DNA from: the human T2T-CHM13v2.0 reference genome, Homo sapiens
DNA: 64,000 nucleotides
Direction: 5' to 3' (one strand)
Assembly (NCBI RefSeq): GCF_009914755.1
Contig: NC_060941.1
How positions within the stretch are numbered: the stretch's first letter is position 1; each line of letters begins with the position of its first letter. The position numbers and the translations under genes were made by a program. The notes beneath the pieces are model-generated. The model had not been told where the DNA came from and ran no database searches. It saw only the letters and a program-made list of their open reading frames with translations. Below, in pieces: positions 1 through 12,928 of this stretch.

Positions 1-35
1 TGCATTGTCTCAATTTGTATAATAAACATATAGAT

Positions 36-84
36 ACACACACACACACACACACACACATACATACACACACATACACACACA
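36..84. repeat. (CA)n/(TACA)n microsatellite
   Basis: Directly visible dinucleotide run. Confidence 0.95.
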
Positions 85-567
85 TGAGAAAGCAAGATGT
101 TTTTTAAAAGAAATCAAATGGATAAGGCAGGAAAAAAGCACAAAAACCAGACTGGGCGATGACCCCAGAGAAAACGGAGTAGTGGAGAAAAGAGCAGTAA
201 TTAGTCTTCCAATCGTAAGGCTCTGGTTTGGGGATCCTGATAGGAAAAAGAACTTGGGTTTTAGATTTGATTCTCTGTGCTTCCTTCCCCTAGCACTGAC
301 TGGACAAAACTTCAGAGAGCCCGTTTGTTTATTTTCTTTTCAACTGATAGGTACAGTTTGTCTGATGTTTGCCAGGTTATGCAAAATGTCTTCAAAGCCT
401 GTGAATGACCCAATTTAGTTCCCAAGACAGAGAAAAAACATCATGTGCAAAGCATTGTACTCCTGTTATGTGGTTTAATTTATCTAACAATTTTGTGAAA
501 TAAATATAATTATTTCCCTTTCTTAAGAAACTGAGGATCCCAGAAATCAAATAGTGACCAGAACAGA

Positions 568-754
568 CAGTGGTATGTTATGCACAAGCTTTTGAGAGCT
601 AGGTATACACCTCTCTTCTCAAATCCGTATATAGTGATGTCAAGTCATTAGCTTGGAATCAACCATCCTGAGAGCATTTGCACTATGGAAATTAGAAAAT
701 GCTATAAATGAGTGCTTTCTTTGAGTGACAGTTGTCAAATATTTTATGCTACTG
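568..754. mobile_element. MER63-like hAT DNA transposon MITE, degraded
   Basis: cagtggtatg...ctactg termini; internal 'agcttggaatcaaccat...tttgcactatggaaattagaaaatgcta' resembles recalled MER63 consensus. Confidence 0.6.
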
Positions 755-761
755 ACAATAG

Positions 762-1907
762 TGTTATAATCGGTAGCTACTTAGACATGAGCAGGGCACG
801 AGAGGGCCCCCTTCCCTCAACTAGGAATGTCAGATGACCAGCAGGTGATGGCCAGGTGGTTGTTAACTGTCTCTCTAAAATATTAATTGGTTGCAGCCAG
901 CACCAGAGAAAGACAGTCTCCTAATAGATAGAAATACCTGAAACTGATGACCAGCAGCTTCCCAATAAGATCTCAGGAGTTAGGCAAGTGGGCTCAAGCA
1001 TGCACACTGAAAAGCAATTTGGTGGAGTTTAACTGGGATATGGCTGATGTGGTTTGGCTCTTTGCTCCCCACCAAATCTCATGTTGAATTGTAATCCCCA
1101 GTGTTGGGGGAAGGACCCGGTGGGAGGTGATTGGATCATGGGGGTGGATTTCTTCTCTTGCTATTCTCATGATAGTGAGTTTTCATGAGATCTGGTTGTT
1201 TTAAAGGGTATAGCCCTTCCCCCTTCCCCTTCTCACTCTTCCTCCTACTCCCACCATGTAAGATGTGCTGGTTTCCCCCTTCACCTTCTACCATGATTGT
1301 AAGTTTCCAGAAGCCTACCCAGCCATACCTCCTGAACAGCACATAGAACTCTGAGTCAATTAAACCTCTTTTCTTTATAAATTACCCAGTCTCAGGTAGT
1401 TCTTTATAGCAGTGTGAGAATGAACTAATATAATGACTGCCCTCTGGGAACACTGGACTGGTAAGGGAAGAATGCTTCAAGTGAGCATGCGTACAACTCC
1501 AGCAAACACATTGAAAACGCGGCCCCTCTTAAGTGCTGGCAGGCCACTGCGCTTGTGGACAGTCCCTCCCCAATGGAAGAATCAGGGGAGAAGAGACACA
1601 ACCCCCTGGAAGCATGCCAAAATTTAAAACCCCAAGTCAAAAGGTCAAACCATACACTTGATCTCAAGTCACCCACCTGGCCCTCTTCCAAGGGTTCTTT
1701 ATCTCCTTTTATTCCTGCTCTAGAGCTTTTTAATAAACGTTCACTCCTGCTCTAAAACTTACCTCTGTCTCACTTTGCCTTATGCCCCTCAGTCAAATTC
1801 TTTCTTCTGACCACGCAAGAATTGAGGTTGCTGCAGACCCATATGGATTCGCCACTGCTAACATACTTTGGTGTCGTGTGACTCAAAGATGTTCCCTAGT
1901 GCTAACA
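762..1907 (+). mobile_element. MER50 solo LTR (ERV1), interrupted by MSTA
   Basis: TGTTA...TAACA termini, ATAG TSD (758-761/1908-1911), AATAAA at ~1732, body matches recalled MER50 consensus. Confidence 0.88.
1045..1432 (+). mobile_element. MSTA solo LTR (MaLR) nested in MER50
   Basis: tgatgtggtttggctc...gaactaata termini; 5-bp TSD atggc/atgac; typical 'ttaaacctcttttctttataaattacccagtctcagg' 3' part. Confidence 0.9.
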
Positions 1908-2339
1908 ATAGGATTAGAAACAGTCTTTTAGACACAACTGTAAGTTCCTCCTTTGAGGCTAACACAGACCCTTCAATAGGCTGAGATTCTACCTCAGAGT
2001 TTTGTCTTCCAGCAAGTACATTACCATCATTCCAAAATGACTTCTCTGGATACTTTCTAACTTTATATTTACGGCCCTGCTCCGCACTTTGGTCAGCTTT
2101 GCACTCTCTTCATAATTTGTGCCAAGCCTGCATACCACCTGCACTATTAGTCATTTAATATTTTTCTTTAAATTGCCTCAAATTATTTTGTATATTCATA
2201 AAGATGTTTTTAAAGGAAACTAATGGATAAGACAGGCAAAAGTGGAAAAAGCAGGAAAGAACAGAGACAATCTGTTTACTCTGTGTTAGAGGACAAAGCC
2301 CACAATTGCTACAACATGGAGAGAAAAGTGGGCTTTGAG

Positions 2340-2924
2340 GGTTGACAACCAAAATGAGTGACTGAGGTAGGTGTCTCCATCCATCAAGGTTTACTGAGCC
2401 AGCTTGAAGGCACATCGGGAAATAGGCAAATCATAGATGTGTCTGTGGCTGTTTTTTCCAAAGAGACTCTCAGGTTTAATATTTACACATTTTCCACTAA
2501 AAAGAGGAAGCAGTTAAGCAAATGATTACATACTTGGAGACTTTAGTTCGTGCTCAATAAGTCTGCATTTGACATAGATATGTAAGCCCTTGAAGAAAAG
2601 AGAGTAGAGGAACAAGACAAGCAGACGTCTCAGGGTGGGGTGCAGGACCCATTAATCTTATCTTGTCTTTGTTCCTTACCTGGAGAGATAAGCTAGGAAT
2701 AAGCATTATCAGTGTGGAGACTTTTGAAAGGACTGTTTTCTGTTCAGCCCTTAGGGAAGAAACCCTACTGGCCATTAGCAAGAGAGGGGATATAATGAGA
2801 CCTATGAACCCCCCATCTGGTTATGACCAGGAACTCAGCTTTGAAGGATTTTCTGAGGATCCTTCAGCCAAGAAAGGGGTCTGTTCAGTCAACTGGGGGC
2901 TTAAAATTTTACTTTTATTTCTCA
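2340..2924 (-). mobile_element. 3' LTR of a MER4-group ERV1 (LTR49/MER39-like)
   Basis: Reverse complement begins TGAGAAATAAAAGTAAAATTTTAAGCCCCCAGTTGACTGAACAGACCCC; preceded on - strand by degraded PPT aaaagtggtgaa (2925-2936). Confidence 0.72.
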
Positions 2925-3716
2925 TTCACCACTTTTGGTGAAGATTTGCCACAGACAGCATCAATGGCCAAACCTTTATTTTGTCCCGTATCATTGTCAG
3001 AATGATGTTGCTGCCCGCCCCAGGTCCGTCCTGTCCATGACCCATCCTGTGGTCAAAAGACTTAGAGCCAAAAATCTTACAGCCAATTTCATCATTCCAG
3101 ACAGGAACGGAGGTGGACAGGTATCTATCAACCCTTAAAACCTTTTAAGCAATGTAAGAGCCAAAAATCAAAGCCAAAAAGAAAGGTTACAAAATTGGCT
3201 TATCTATAAATTCTATGCATTGTGCTGCCATAATCTTGGTTTTAGTTAGACTGGTAGCAATGAGATGTACAAAACATAAGCATTTTGCTAAAACCATTTA
3301 AGCTTAAGAAGTTAGAGGCTTTTGTTATGCCAAAATGCTTGACACCTTTTTAGTAATTTGTCCTAAGGTGGCCAACAAATTTTTTTGTCATATCTTTATT
3401 TGCATAAACCCCATAACTGAAAACAACTATATGCAGAAGGCTCTATTGCCAGGTATCTTGGTATCCTCTTGGTAATTCTCTTTTCAGTCTATGGGAAGCA
3501 GGAAATTCTTTATGGTTTGGATAGATGAAAAGGAGGTCACATAATGACTCAGGAGGCAAAGTCCCTCAATTTGCCAGCTGTGTGTCTGTGTGCTATCTGT
3601 GTGTTGGTCCTTGATTTGGAGGGTCTGAACTAATTATTTCCCTCGAAACTAGTCCGTATAATCTCCTGTGCCTACCTCTTCTGTGATAGCCCCTAGGCTT
3701 ACAGAGAGGGTGCTTA
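2925..3716 (-). mobile_element. MER4-group/LTR49-int internal sequence, 3' part
   Basis: Directly abuts PPT and LTR; non-coding; ends at the LTR1 insertion. Confidence 0.62.
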
Positions 3717-4510
3717 TGATATGAGAGGGAGGCAGGGAAGTGCTGGGTAGAGAAGGGTGGGGTCCCTGGCTAGGTCTCCACCCTCAGGCCTGTGCCCACG
3801 GACCTAGGTGAGGGCGGGCATTTCTGTTTTTGTGCCCAGATGTTGCATTTTCCAAGACAACCCTGGCCTGCCACTCCCTGCATCCTGTGCCTATAAAAAC
3901 CCTGAGACCCTAGTGGGTACATACACAAGCGGCTAAATGTCGAGAAGAACACACCAGCAGAAGAACACACAGACACTGACAGGCCATCCATGACAGAACA
4001 ACGCGGATGCCAAGGGAAATTTGGCTGAGGGCGGTCAGAGGAGAGCCCAGCTGCTGAGTGGCCTGTCTCCAGGGGAAGACCACCTTCCCATTCCATCCCC
4101 CTTCTGGCTTTCCATCCACCTGCTGAGAGCTACCTCCACCATTCAATGAAACCTTGGACTTATTCTCCAAGCCCGCGTATAAACAGATTTTTCCAGTACA
4201 CTAGGGCAACCCCGGGATACAGAAAGCCCTCTGTCCTTGCAGTAAGACAGAGGGTCTAATTGAGCTGATTAACACAAGACGAGTGCAGATGGCTAAGTTG
4301 AAAGAGGACACTGTAACACATGCCCACTGGTGCTTCAGGAGCTGTAAACACTCAGCCCTAGATGATGCCGTGAGGTTGGAGCCCACGTTCCCCACGACCT
4401 GCCTATCTGCATTCTCCCCCTAGGGGGTTGAACTGCAGGGCGCTGAAGAAGCCAGCCAGTCCCCATGTCACACACCCTGTGAGGGGAATAAGGAAACTCT
4501 TCCTGTTTCA
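3717..4510 (+). mobile_element. LTR1-family 5' LTR (HUERS-P group ERV1)
   Basis: TGATA...TTTCA termini, TATA box tataaaaa 3892-3899, followed by a PBS; homologous to solo LTR at 20624-21396. Confidence 0.88.
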
Positions 4511-4512
4511 AC

Positions 4513-4530
4513 TGGGGCCTTGCCTGAGAT
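4513..4530 (+). promoter_or_regulatory. Primer binding site, tRNA-Pro type (degraded)
   Basis: tggggccttgcctgagat vs TGGGGGCTCGTCCGGGAT, 2 nt after LTR end; splice donor AG|GTGAGT follows at 4537-4544. Confidence 0.8.
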
Positions 4531-5860
4531 CCCGGAAGGTGAGTGCAAAAGTGAAACTGTTGGATCTGCCTCTTTTCCAAAATCCTGCCACCTGTCTCTC
4601 TTTCCTGAAGGCAAAACGTTCTGTTTCCCTTCATGGAGTTTTAACTGCCCTAACGGGCCGCCAGAATCCCCAGACTCCATCTCTTTTCTCATTCTCTGTC
4701 TCACAGTTTGAAATGGCTCTTATCTCTTCCTTTATAATGTTAAGAGTTTTGCTACAGGCTGTGGCAATGTTACTAAGTAAAATGATTATTCGGCTCAGCC
4801 ACCAAAGGTGCAAATCAGACCAACAGTTGTTAGAGGTAAAATCTCCTCCCCTGCCCTGACAGCTGCAGGCACCCATGGCTCAAGGCACCTCTCATTAGCC
4901 TATCCCCTCCCAGGTTGGGGGCCTGGGCATGTTCACGGCATGCAAAGGTCATGCCCAACAGCCATCAGGGGGCAGGAGGAGAAGTGCCGCCATGGCCCAC
5001 GCTGCCTCCACCTCCATAGCCTGGGATGAGCTGGAAGCAGGAGAAAACTGCAGCAGTAGGTGGCACCCCACAGGGCTGAAGGGTGGGCACTTCTCACCCG
5101 CCACACCAATGGAACTTTTCCTCTCCTGGCCAAGGAATTCAACCCAGTCTGATCTGGGGGAAGAATACAAGGATTAATGGAACCCACTTGCCCTGAGCCA
5201 GGGGCTCTTCCCCCAGGACCTCCCCTTTTGCCCCTGAACCTGTTTTTCTATTTTTCTTTTTTTTTTCTTTCTTTTTTTCCTTTTCTAAGTGAGAGGGCTC
5301 GCCCTTCCCAGCACTGTTTCTGATAGGGAAGTTAATGGGGGAATAGCCCAGGCTGGCTGATAACTGCAAATTCAGCAGGGCTCATTTGAGACACTCTAAA
5401 CGGATACAAAACAGCCTCTGAAATACCTTTTCAGTCCTAAACTCAATTCCAAGCTTCAGGCTGAGGCCCTAAAAAGAAAAACCAGGTCAGGGATCCAAAG
5501 CCAGGCAACAGGCATGATGTAAATGGCCAGGACCAATTCCTGCCGACTGAACCCCCCACCCCATGGAAGGAGGCCATGCTCCGTGGGCTAAACAGGCCCA
5601 GGGAACTCAAAGGTTGTCGACAGCAGGGAGAAAGGGAGGCATAGGGGAGGGTGGTTAATTCCTGTTCTCTAGGTCTTCCCTGCTTCATGGGTACACACCA
5701 CATTGGTATCTATGGGCAGCACGTGCCAAGGTTGCCGGGCTCGAGGATAAAATAAGTGGAAGGGAAAGGGGGAATGCTTGTTTTCTCGCTCCATCACACT
5801 CTGAGTTTTCACTGAAAGAAGGAAGGGAATGAGGGAGACCTCTATTCCCTGTCTTTCAGA

Positions 5861-7310
5861 ATGGACAACCAGATCGCTTCACCATACCCAGCTTATACTC
5901 CTCTGGAGTGTATTCGGAACCACTGGCACTGCTTTAACCTCAGAATCTGGAGGAAAAAATGCCTCATAGCCCTCTGTACAAAGGTTTGGCCAAATTATGA
6001 AGGACTGGGTTGGCCCCAGGAAGGAACCATTCATTTCAACTCCATCTGGCAGTTGGAACTTTTCTGTAGACATGAGGACAGATGATCTGAGGCCCCATAT
6101 GTGCAGACTTTCTATACCTTGCAAGGCAATCCAGGCCTTTGCGAACAGTGTAGGATTGATCCAGTCCTCCTGTTTGCCGTCTCAGGGAAGGCTGCAAGGG
6201 GCAAGCCCGGGGAATTAAAGATACAAATCCCAGAGGCACTCCCAGCAGAGGAGCCAGCTCTCTCAAGCCCTGCTCCTCTGGATCCACCTCAACCTCCCTA
6301 TCCAGCTTCTGCCTCTTACTTGCCCCCTCCTAGAAATCCTTACCCTAAATAAGCCCCAGTCTCCCTCTTGCCCCTCCAACAGATGCCCAGTGTATTTGGG
6401 CCCAGTAAGGTCCAGGTCCCCTTCTCCTACAAAACTTAAAGCAAATTAAGTTGGATCTTGGCAAGTTTTCAGATGACTCTAATAGATATATACAGACTTT
6501 CCAGAATTTCACTCAAATATTTGAACTCTCCTGGAGAGACGTTATGTTACTTCTGAATCAAACCCTGATGGATACTGAAAAGCAGGCCATTCTGCAAGCA
6601 GCAGAGAGATTTGGGGATGTGCTTTGTATCACATATGGCATCAGAGAAGGGGGCGAACATTATCCAACTGGAAGAGAAGCAGTACCCGTGGATGACCCTA
6701 AATGAAATCCCAACAATGAAATGGAAAACTGGAAGAGGAGACACTTTCAGGTGCGTGTAATGGAAGGCTTATGTAGAACTAGGACCGGGCCTCTCCATTA
6801 TACTAAGTTGTCCATGATCAACCAGGGATTCAATGAAAACCCCACTGCTTTCTTGGAAAGGCTAAGCGAGGCCTGGGTAAAGCACACCTTTCTGTCTCCT
6901 GATTCGTCTGAGGGACAACTAATCCTGAAGAATAAATGTATTACTCAGGCAGCCCCTGATATCAGGACGAAGTTACAAAAACAGGCCCTGGGGCCAGACA
7001 GTATTTTAAAGAACCTCCTGAAAGTAGCCACCTCAGTCTTTTATAATAGAGACAGGGAGGCCCAGGAAAGAGAGAGGAAATACAGGAAATGGAGGCTTTA
7101 ATGGCTGCCAGGCAAGCCCACAAACCCCAGAATTCCCAGGGTGCACCTGTTAACTGCTACAGATTTCAAAATGGATTGCCCAGCTGGCATGAGGAAGCCA
7201 CCCCGACCCTGTCCAATCTGCAATGGAGACCACTGGAGAGTGGACTCTCCCCAGGGATGCTGGTTACTGGGTCTAGAACCAATCTCCCAAATGGTCCAGC
7301 AGCATGACTT
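5861..7310 (+). pseudogene. gag: ERV1 gag pseudogene (MA-CA-NC)
   Basis: ORF pieces MDNQ..TPLECIRNHW, WPQEGTIHFN, DLGKFSDD..FELSWRDVMLLLNQTL, QGFNENPTAFLERL (MHR), ITQAAPDIRTKLQK, degenerate zinc knuckle CPICNGDHWRVDS; several stops and frameshifts. Confidence 0.93.
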
Positions 7311-7690
7311 CTGGGTCCCGGCACTCCTCTTCCCGGCTCCAGTGGCCTACACAACCATTACCATCCAGGGGCCTTGGGTAATTCTGGAAATTGAAGGGAG
7401 GAAAAAGGACCTCCTCTTGGACACTAGAGCCAGTCTCTCAATTCTCTCCAATCTGGGCTCCCTTTTTATCTCAGCATGACCATGAGGGGCAGCTCAGGAA
7501 GGCGTCTAACCCAATATTTCTCTCAACCCCTTAGTTGTAGCTGGGGAGACCTTTTGTTCACTCATGCTTTTCTAATTATGCTTTAAAGCCCAACTCCTCT
7601 GTTGGGCAAGGATATCCTGGCCCGTACGGGGAACACCATTCTGATGTCCCCTGGGCAAACTCTTTGTCTCCCCCTAATGGAGGCTGATAT
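7311..7690 (+). pseudogene. pro: Retroviral aspartic protease pseudogene
   Basis: LLLDTRASLSIL (DTGA mutated), later PTPLLGKDIL motif; frameshifted. Confidence 0.88.
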
Positions 7691-10157
7691 TAACCCAGAA
7701 GTTTGGGCAACTTGAGGGAAAATTGGACAGCCATACTAGTCCGGGTCCATCTTAAGGATCTCACCTCCTTTCCTAACCAGAAACAATATCCCCTGAAACC
7801 AGAGGTCAGGAAAGTGCTAGAAGCCATGATATACGACTTAAAGATGCAGGGCCTCCTCAAACCCTGCAACAGCCCTTGTAATACCCTGATATTAGGGGTA
7901 TGAAAACCCAACATGGAATGGACGCTAGTTCAGGACCTCTGCCTCATTAATGAGACTGTGGTTCCAATGCACCTGGTGGTTCCCAATCTATATACCCTGC
8001 TAGCCCAAATGCCTGAGGGGACTAAATGGCTCACAGTCTTGGACCTAAAGGCATGCCTTCTTCTGCATACCATTACACCCTGACTCCCAGTATTTGTTTG
8101 CATTTGAGGATCCCTCTAACCAAACCACCCAATTAACCTGAACGGTGTTACCTCAAGGATTCCAAGACAGCTTCCACTTGTTTGGGCAGGCATTATTGAG
8201 CGACCTCTCTGAGTTCCTTTATCCTTAGGTGAAGGTCTTGAAATAGGTAATGAACTTCTCTTCCGTGCTCCAACTGAGGAAATCTCTCAGGAGGGCAGTA
8301 AGCCTCTCCTTAATTTTCTAGCTAACAGAGAATATAAGGTTTCAAAACCAAAACTCAACTCTGTCTGTCTTGAGTGAAGTAACTAGGCCTGGTCTTGTCA
8401 GAGGGGACCACAACATTAGGCAAAGAGAGAATTAAACCCATCTCCTCCTTTCCCCTCCCCAGAACCCTCAAGCAACTGAAGGGATTCTTGAGCATTACAG
8501 GAATCTGCAGACTACTGATACCTGGGCACAGTGAAATAGCTCAGCTATTTCATTATTATCATCTAATAAAGGAGACTCAGGCAGCTAAAACTCACTGTCT
8601 AACTTGGGAGCTGGAGGCTAAAAAGGCCATCGATCAACTAAAACAAGCCTTGCTTAAGGCACCAGCCCTCAGTCTCCCCACAGGGAAAACGTTTAATCTT
8701 TGTGTAACAGAGAGAAAGGGAATGGCACTGGGAGTCCTAACACAGACCTGGAGTCCAGCCCAGCAGCCTGTAGGCTACCTAAGTAAGGTGCACATTTTGG
8801 TAGCCAGAGGATGGCTGGCCTGCCTCCAGGCAATCGCAGCAGAAGCCTTGCTGATACCATTGGCTACTAAGTTGACCATGGGGAATAACTTAACTGTTTA
8901 TACCCTGCACAATGTGGCAGGACTACTGTCTTCTAAGAGACAATAGTCTCCTAGAAGACTAATAGACAACTGTCTCCTCAAGCATCAAGCTCTATTGTTA
9001 GAAGGATCTACGGTCCAATTAAGAAACTGTCCCTCCCTAAATCCAGTCATCTTCCTCCCAGATGAAGCTGGGAAACTTGAGCATGACGGCAAACAAATAG
9101 TAGCACAAACTTGAGCAGCAAGAGAGGACCTCAAGGAAACTCTCTTAGAGAACCCAGACTAGATTGTCTTTACAGATGGGAGTTCTTTTGTAGAACAAGG
9201 AACCCACAAAGCAGGCTACGCAATAGTTACTCTAAACGATATTATTGAGAATGCACTTCTTTCCTCAGGCACAACCAGCCGAACTAATCACCCTCAAGAG
9301 GGCACTTAAGCTAAGCAAAGAAAAGACAGTTAACATATCTACTGATTCTAAATATGCTTTCCTAGTCCTTGACACCCATGCCACTATCTGGAAAGAGAGG
9401 AACTTCTTCACAGCTAATGGGTCTCCTATTGAATACCATCAGGAAATTAACAGCCTATTATCCTCAGTCTTCCTCTCATGGGAAGTGGCAGTGATACATT
9501 GTAAAGGCCACCAAAGAGGGATGGATGAAATAGCTGAGGGAAATGGGCTGGCAAACTAAGCAGCTAAAACAGCAGCCAGGGGGTCCCCAGGTCTCTGACC
9601 CACTTGAAGTCCCATTGGTCTGGGAGGGCCTCATCAGAGAAATAAAACTGCAATACTCTCCTGCAAAAATAGAACGGGCCACCTCTCAGGGATACATCCT
9701 TCAGTCCTCAGGATGGCTACAATCAGAGCACGGTAAACTTCATCTACCTGCTGCCAACCAGTGGAAAATTTTTTAAAGCCTTCACCAGGCCATCCACCTA
9801 GGTAAGGATAAAACCTATCAACTGGCCCAGAGATTGTTCTCAGGTAAAAGCCTAATACAAATGGTTAAACGAGTTGTTACTGCTTGTGAGAACTGCCTGA
9901 AAAATAATCCCCTCAATTGACAGCTTCTTCCTCCAGGAACCCAAAGGACAGTAGGCCACTAAGAAAAAGAGTGGCAAATGGATCTCACTCATATGCCAAA
10001 GGCAAGAGGCATCCAGTCCTCCTAGTGTGGATAGATATTTTCACTAACCAGGTAGAAGCAATTTCATGTCAGACAGAGAAAGCCCCTGAGATGATAAAAG
10101 TACTAATCAATGAGATAATCCCTCACTTTAGACTCCCTAAGTACCTCCAGAGCAATC
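7691..10157 (+). pseudogene. pol: ERV1 pol pseudogene (RT, RNase H, truncated integrase)
   Basis: QKQYPLKPE, SPCNTLILGV, LVQDL, VLPQGFQDS, destroyed YVDD (~8243), APALSLP, QPVGYLSK, FTDGSSFV, TDSKYAF, IHCKGHQ, WQMDLTHMP; breaks off in the integrase core; no env or 3' LTR. Confidence 0.93.
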
Positions 10158-10251
10158 CTGGCTTTTTTGCTTGGCTTCCTTCTCTATTAGATTACTGGCT
10201 TTTGGGTGGAGCCCTTTAGTGAATAGGGAAAAGAAAGCATGCAGTTCTTAG

Positions 10252-10995
<744 letters not shown>

Positions 10996-11529
10996 TAAAC
11001 CACATTTTTTTTAACCCAAATGTGCAAGAAACAAGTAGCCCTCTGTAGTAATGACCATTTACCATAAACAACTTCCATCAGCCACCTCTAAAACTGTATC
11101 TCTTACCCAACCATTACACACACCAAAGTCTAGTTTTCTCACAATATAATGTAATTTCTGGCACCCCCCACAAAAGCCAAAGAGATTAGGTAACAATTCA
11201 AAAGAGGGCAGAGCTTTAGACCCAAGAAGACCATCACTCTTGAATCTTCACAAGGAAAATGGAAGACCTCCACAAAAGGGGTGAGTAATACATTTTTCCG
11301 GGTTCCTAAAGGGGTCTGAGTCTTCTCTAGATCTTTTCAAACAATACTGAATATGGCAAAGAGGAAGAAGAAGTAGGAAGAGTAAAAGTAAAATGGGAGA
11401 ACAATTTTTAAGAAAGGAAATGAACAGAGGCATTAAGCACATGTGTTCTTTTTTTGAAAAAGATGTTTTAGTCCACTAAAATGTTTCCAAAACAGGATCT
11501 AAAAAGAAAAAGCAGAAAGGACTTAAATT

Positions 11530-11680
11530 TTATATATGTATGTGTGTATATATATATTTATATATAGTATATATATTTATTTATATATGTATATGTATAT
11601 ATATTTTATATGTAAATGTGCATGTGTATAGGTATGTGTTTATATGTAAATATATATATTTATATTTTATATAAATATAT
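11530..11680. repeat. (TA)n/(TATG)n low-complexity tract
   Basis: Directly visible. Confidence 0.9.
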
Positions 11681-12033
11681 CAGCTTTTAATTAAGCTGAC
11701 TTCTAACAGTAGGACTCTTTTTAAAAATTTTTTCAAGTAATTTATTACCAGATTTTAGCTGAGAGAAACAGCTGATATTTCAAGTCAACAGAAATATCAA
11801 ACCAAAAGGGACCGATTCCTCATTAGGAAGACAACCCAAGCCATGATGGGAATTTTAACCACCAAACTACAAAATGGACTAGCCTCCATGTTAATCCTGA
11901 ATGGAGTTCAAAGTGGGCAGTTTGAGTGTAACTGTTTTAGGTCAGATTTTTGATCTTTGACTTAGTCAAGATAATTTTTAAGGGTAGCCATGACACTATT
12001 ATAGCTCCTTCTTTTAATTTGATCTTCCCACCA

Positions 12034-12109
12034 ATTGTTAAGAATAAGAGATCTCTAAAATCCCTTTCTTTATTGTTAAGAATAAGAGATCTCTAAAATC
12101 CCTTTCTTT
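12034..12109. repeat. Perfect 38-bp tandem duplication
   Basis: attgttaagaataagagatctctaaaatccctttcttt x2. Confidence 0.95.
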
Positions 12110-12527
12110 AAAAAGGATTCAGGTGTCCAAAGGATCAATCTTTTGGTCATTGACAATTAGAATTTTCAGTGGTATATTTAATCCCAATAGCAGCTCAATT
12201 CAGTAGCTCACTCAATTTCAGTGAGTGACATCAATGAACAGCCACATGCTTCTAATAGTGTACACACCATACTCTGGGGAACATGGCCTCCGTATAGACC
12301 AACTTGGTATCCAAAAAGGAAACGAAGTCTGTTTGTATGATCCCTTCTTAGGGGATGCTTGTCATTGTCTGACCATTGCTGAATTCTTTAATTTTCCATT
12401 GTTATATAGCCAGATACAGAATTTTGCCAAGGATTGATACCAAGCTTAACAGTTTAAATAAACCAGATCTTTGCTGTTCCCCTAAATGGAGATCATCCAA
12501 ACATTGTCAATTGCTGTACTAGCTCTC

Positions 12528-12529
<2 letters not shown>

Positions 12530-12578
<49 letters not shown>
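12530..12578. repeat. (CA)n microsatellite
   Basis: Directly visible. Confidence 0.95.
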
Positions 12579-12599
12579 CGTTATTACAAACAGTGATGG

Positions 12600-12770
12600 T
12601 TACAATCAACTGATCCCATGTTACGTGCCAGTTCCCCTGCACTCATTCTTTCCAGTCCTGACAGCCCTAAAAACTATGTATTATCACCATTTTAAAGATG
12701 AGGCAATGGAAGTTTAAAGAGGAGGCTTAAGCCTTTACTCAAATACACCTGTATTTGAAACTAAACTCTG
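12600..12770 (-). mobile_element. MIR fragment
   Basis: MIR core 'tattatcaccattttaaagatgaggcaatggaag'. Confidence 0.6.
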
Positions 12771-12928
12771 CAACTTACTTACTAGTGGCAGAATTGAGTT
12801 CCATTGTTCTATGAACTTTGCTAAATCTCACCCTGGAAAACCTCATACCTTGTAAATATACAAAATATTTTCTTTCCTATGGCTTTTAAATTTTCTAAAA
12901 CTATCTACTTTTATAACTACCTGGAAAG

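Noticed and set aside
8395-8946. 183-aa ORF, the longest in the window, as a functional or domesticated gene
   Set aside because: Internal RT-connection fragment of pol with a non-ATG start, bounded by stops and frameshifts.
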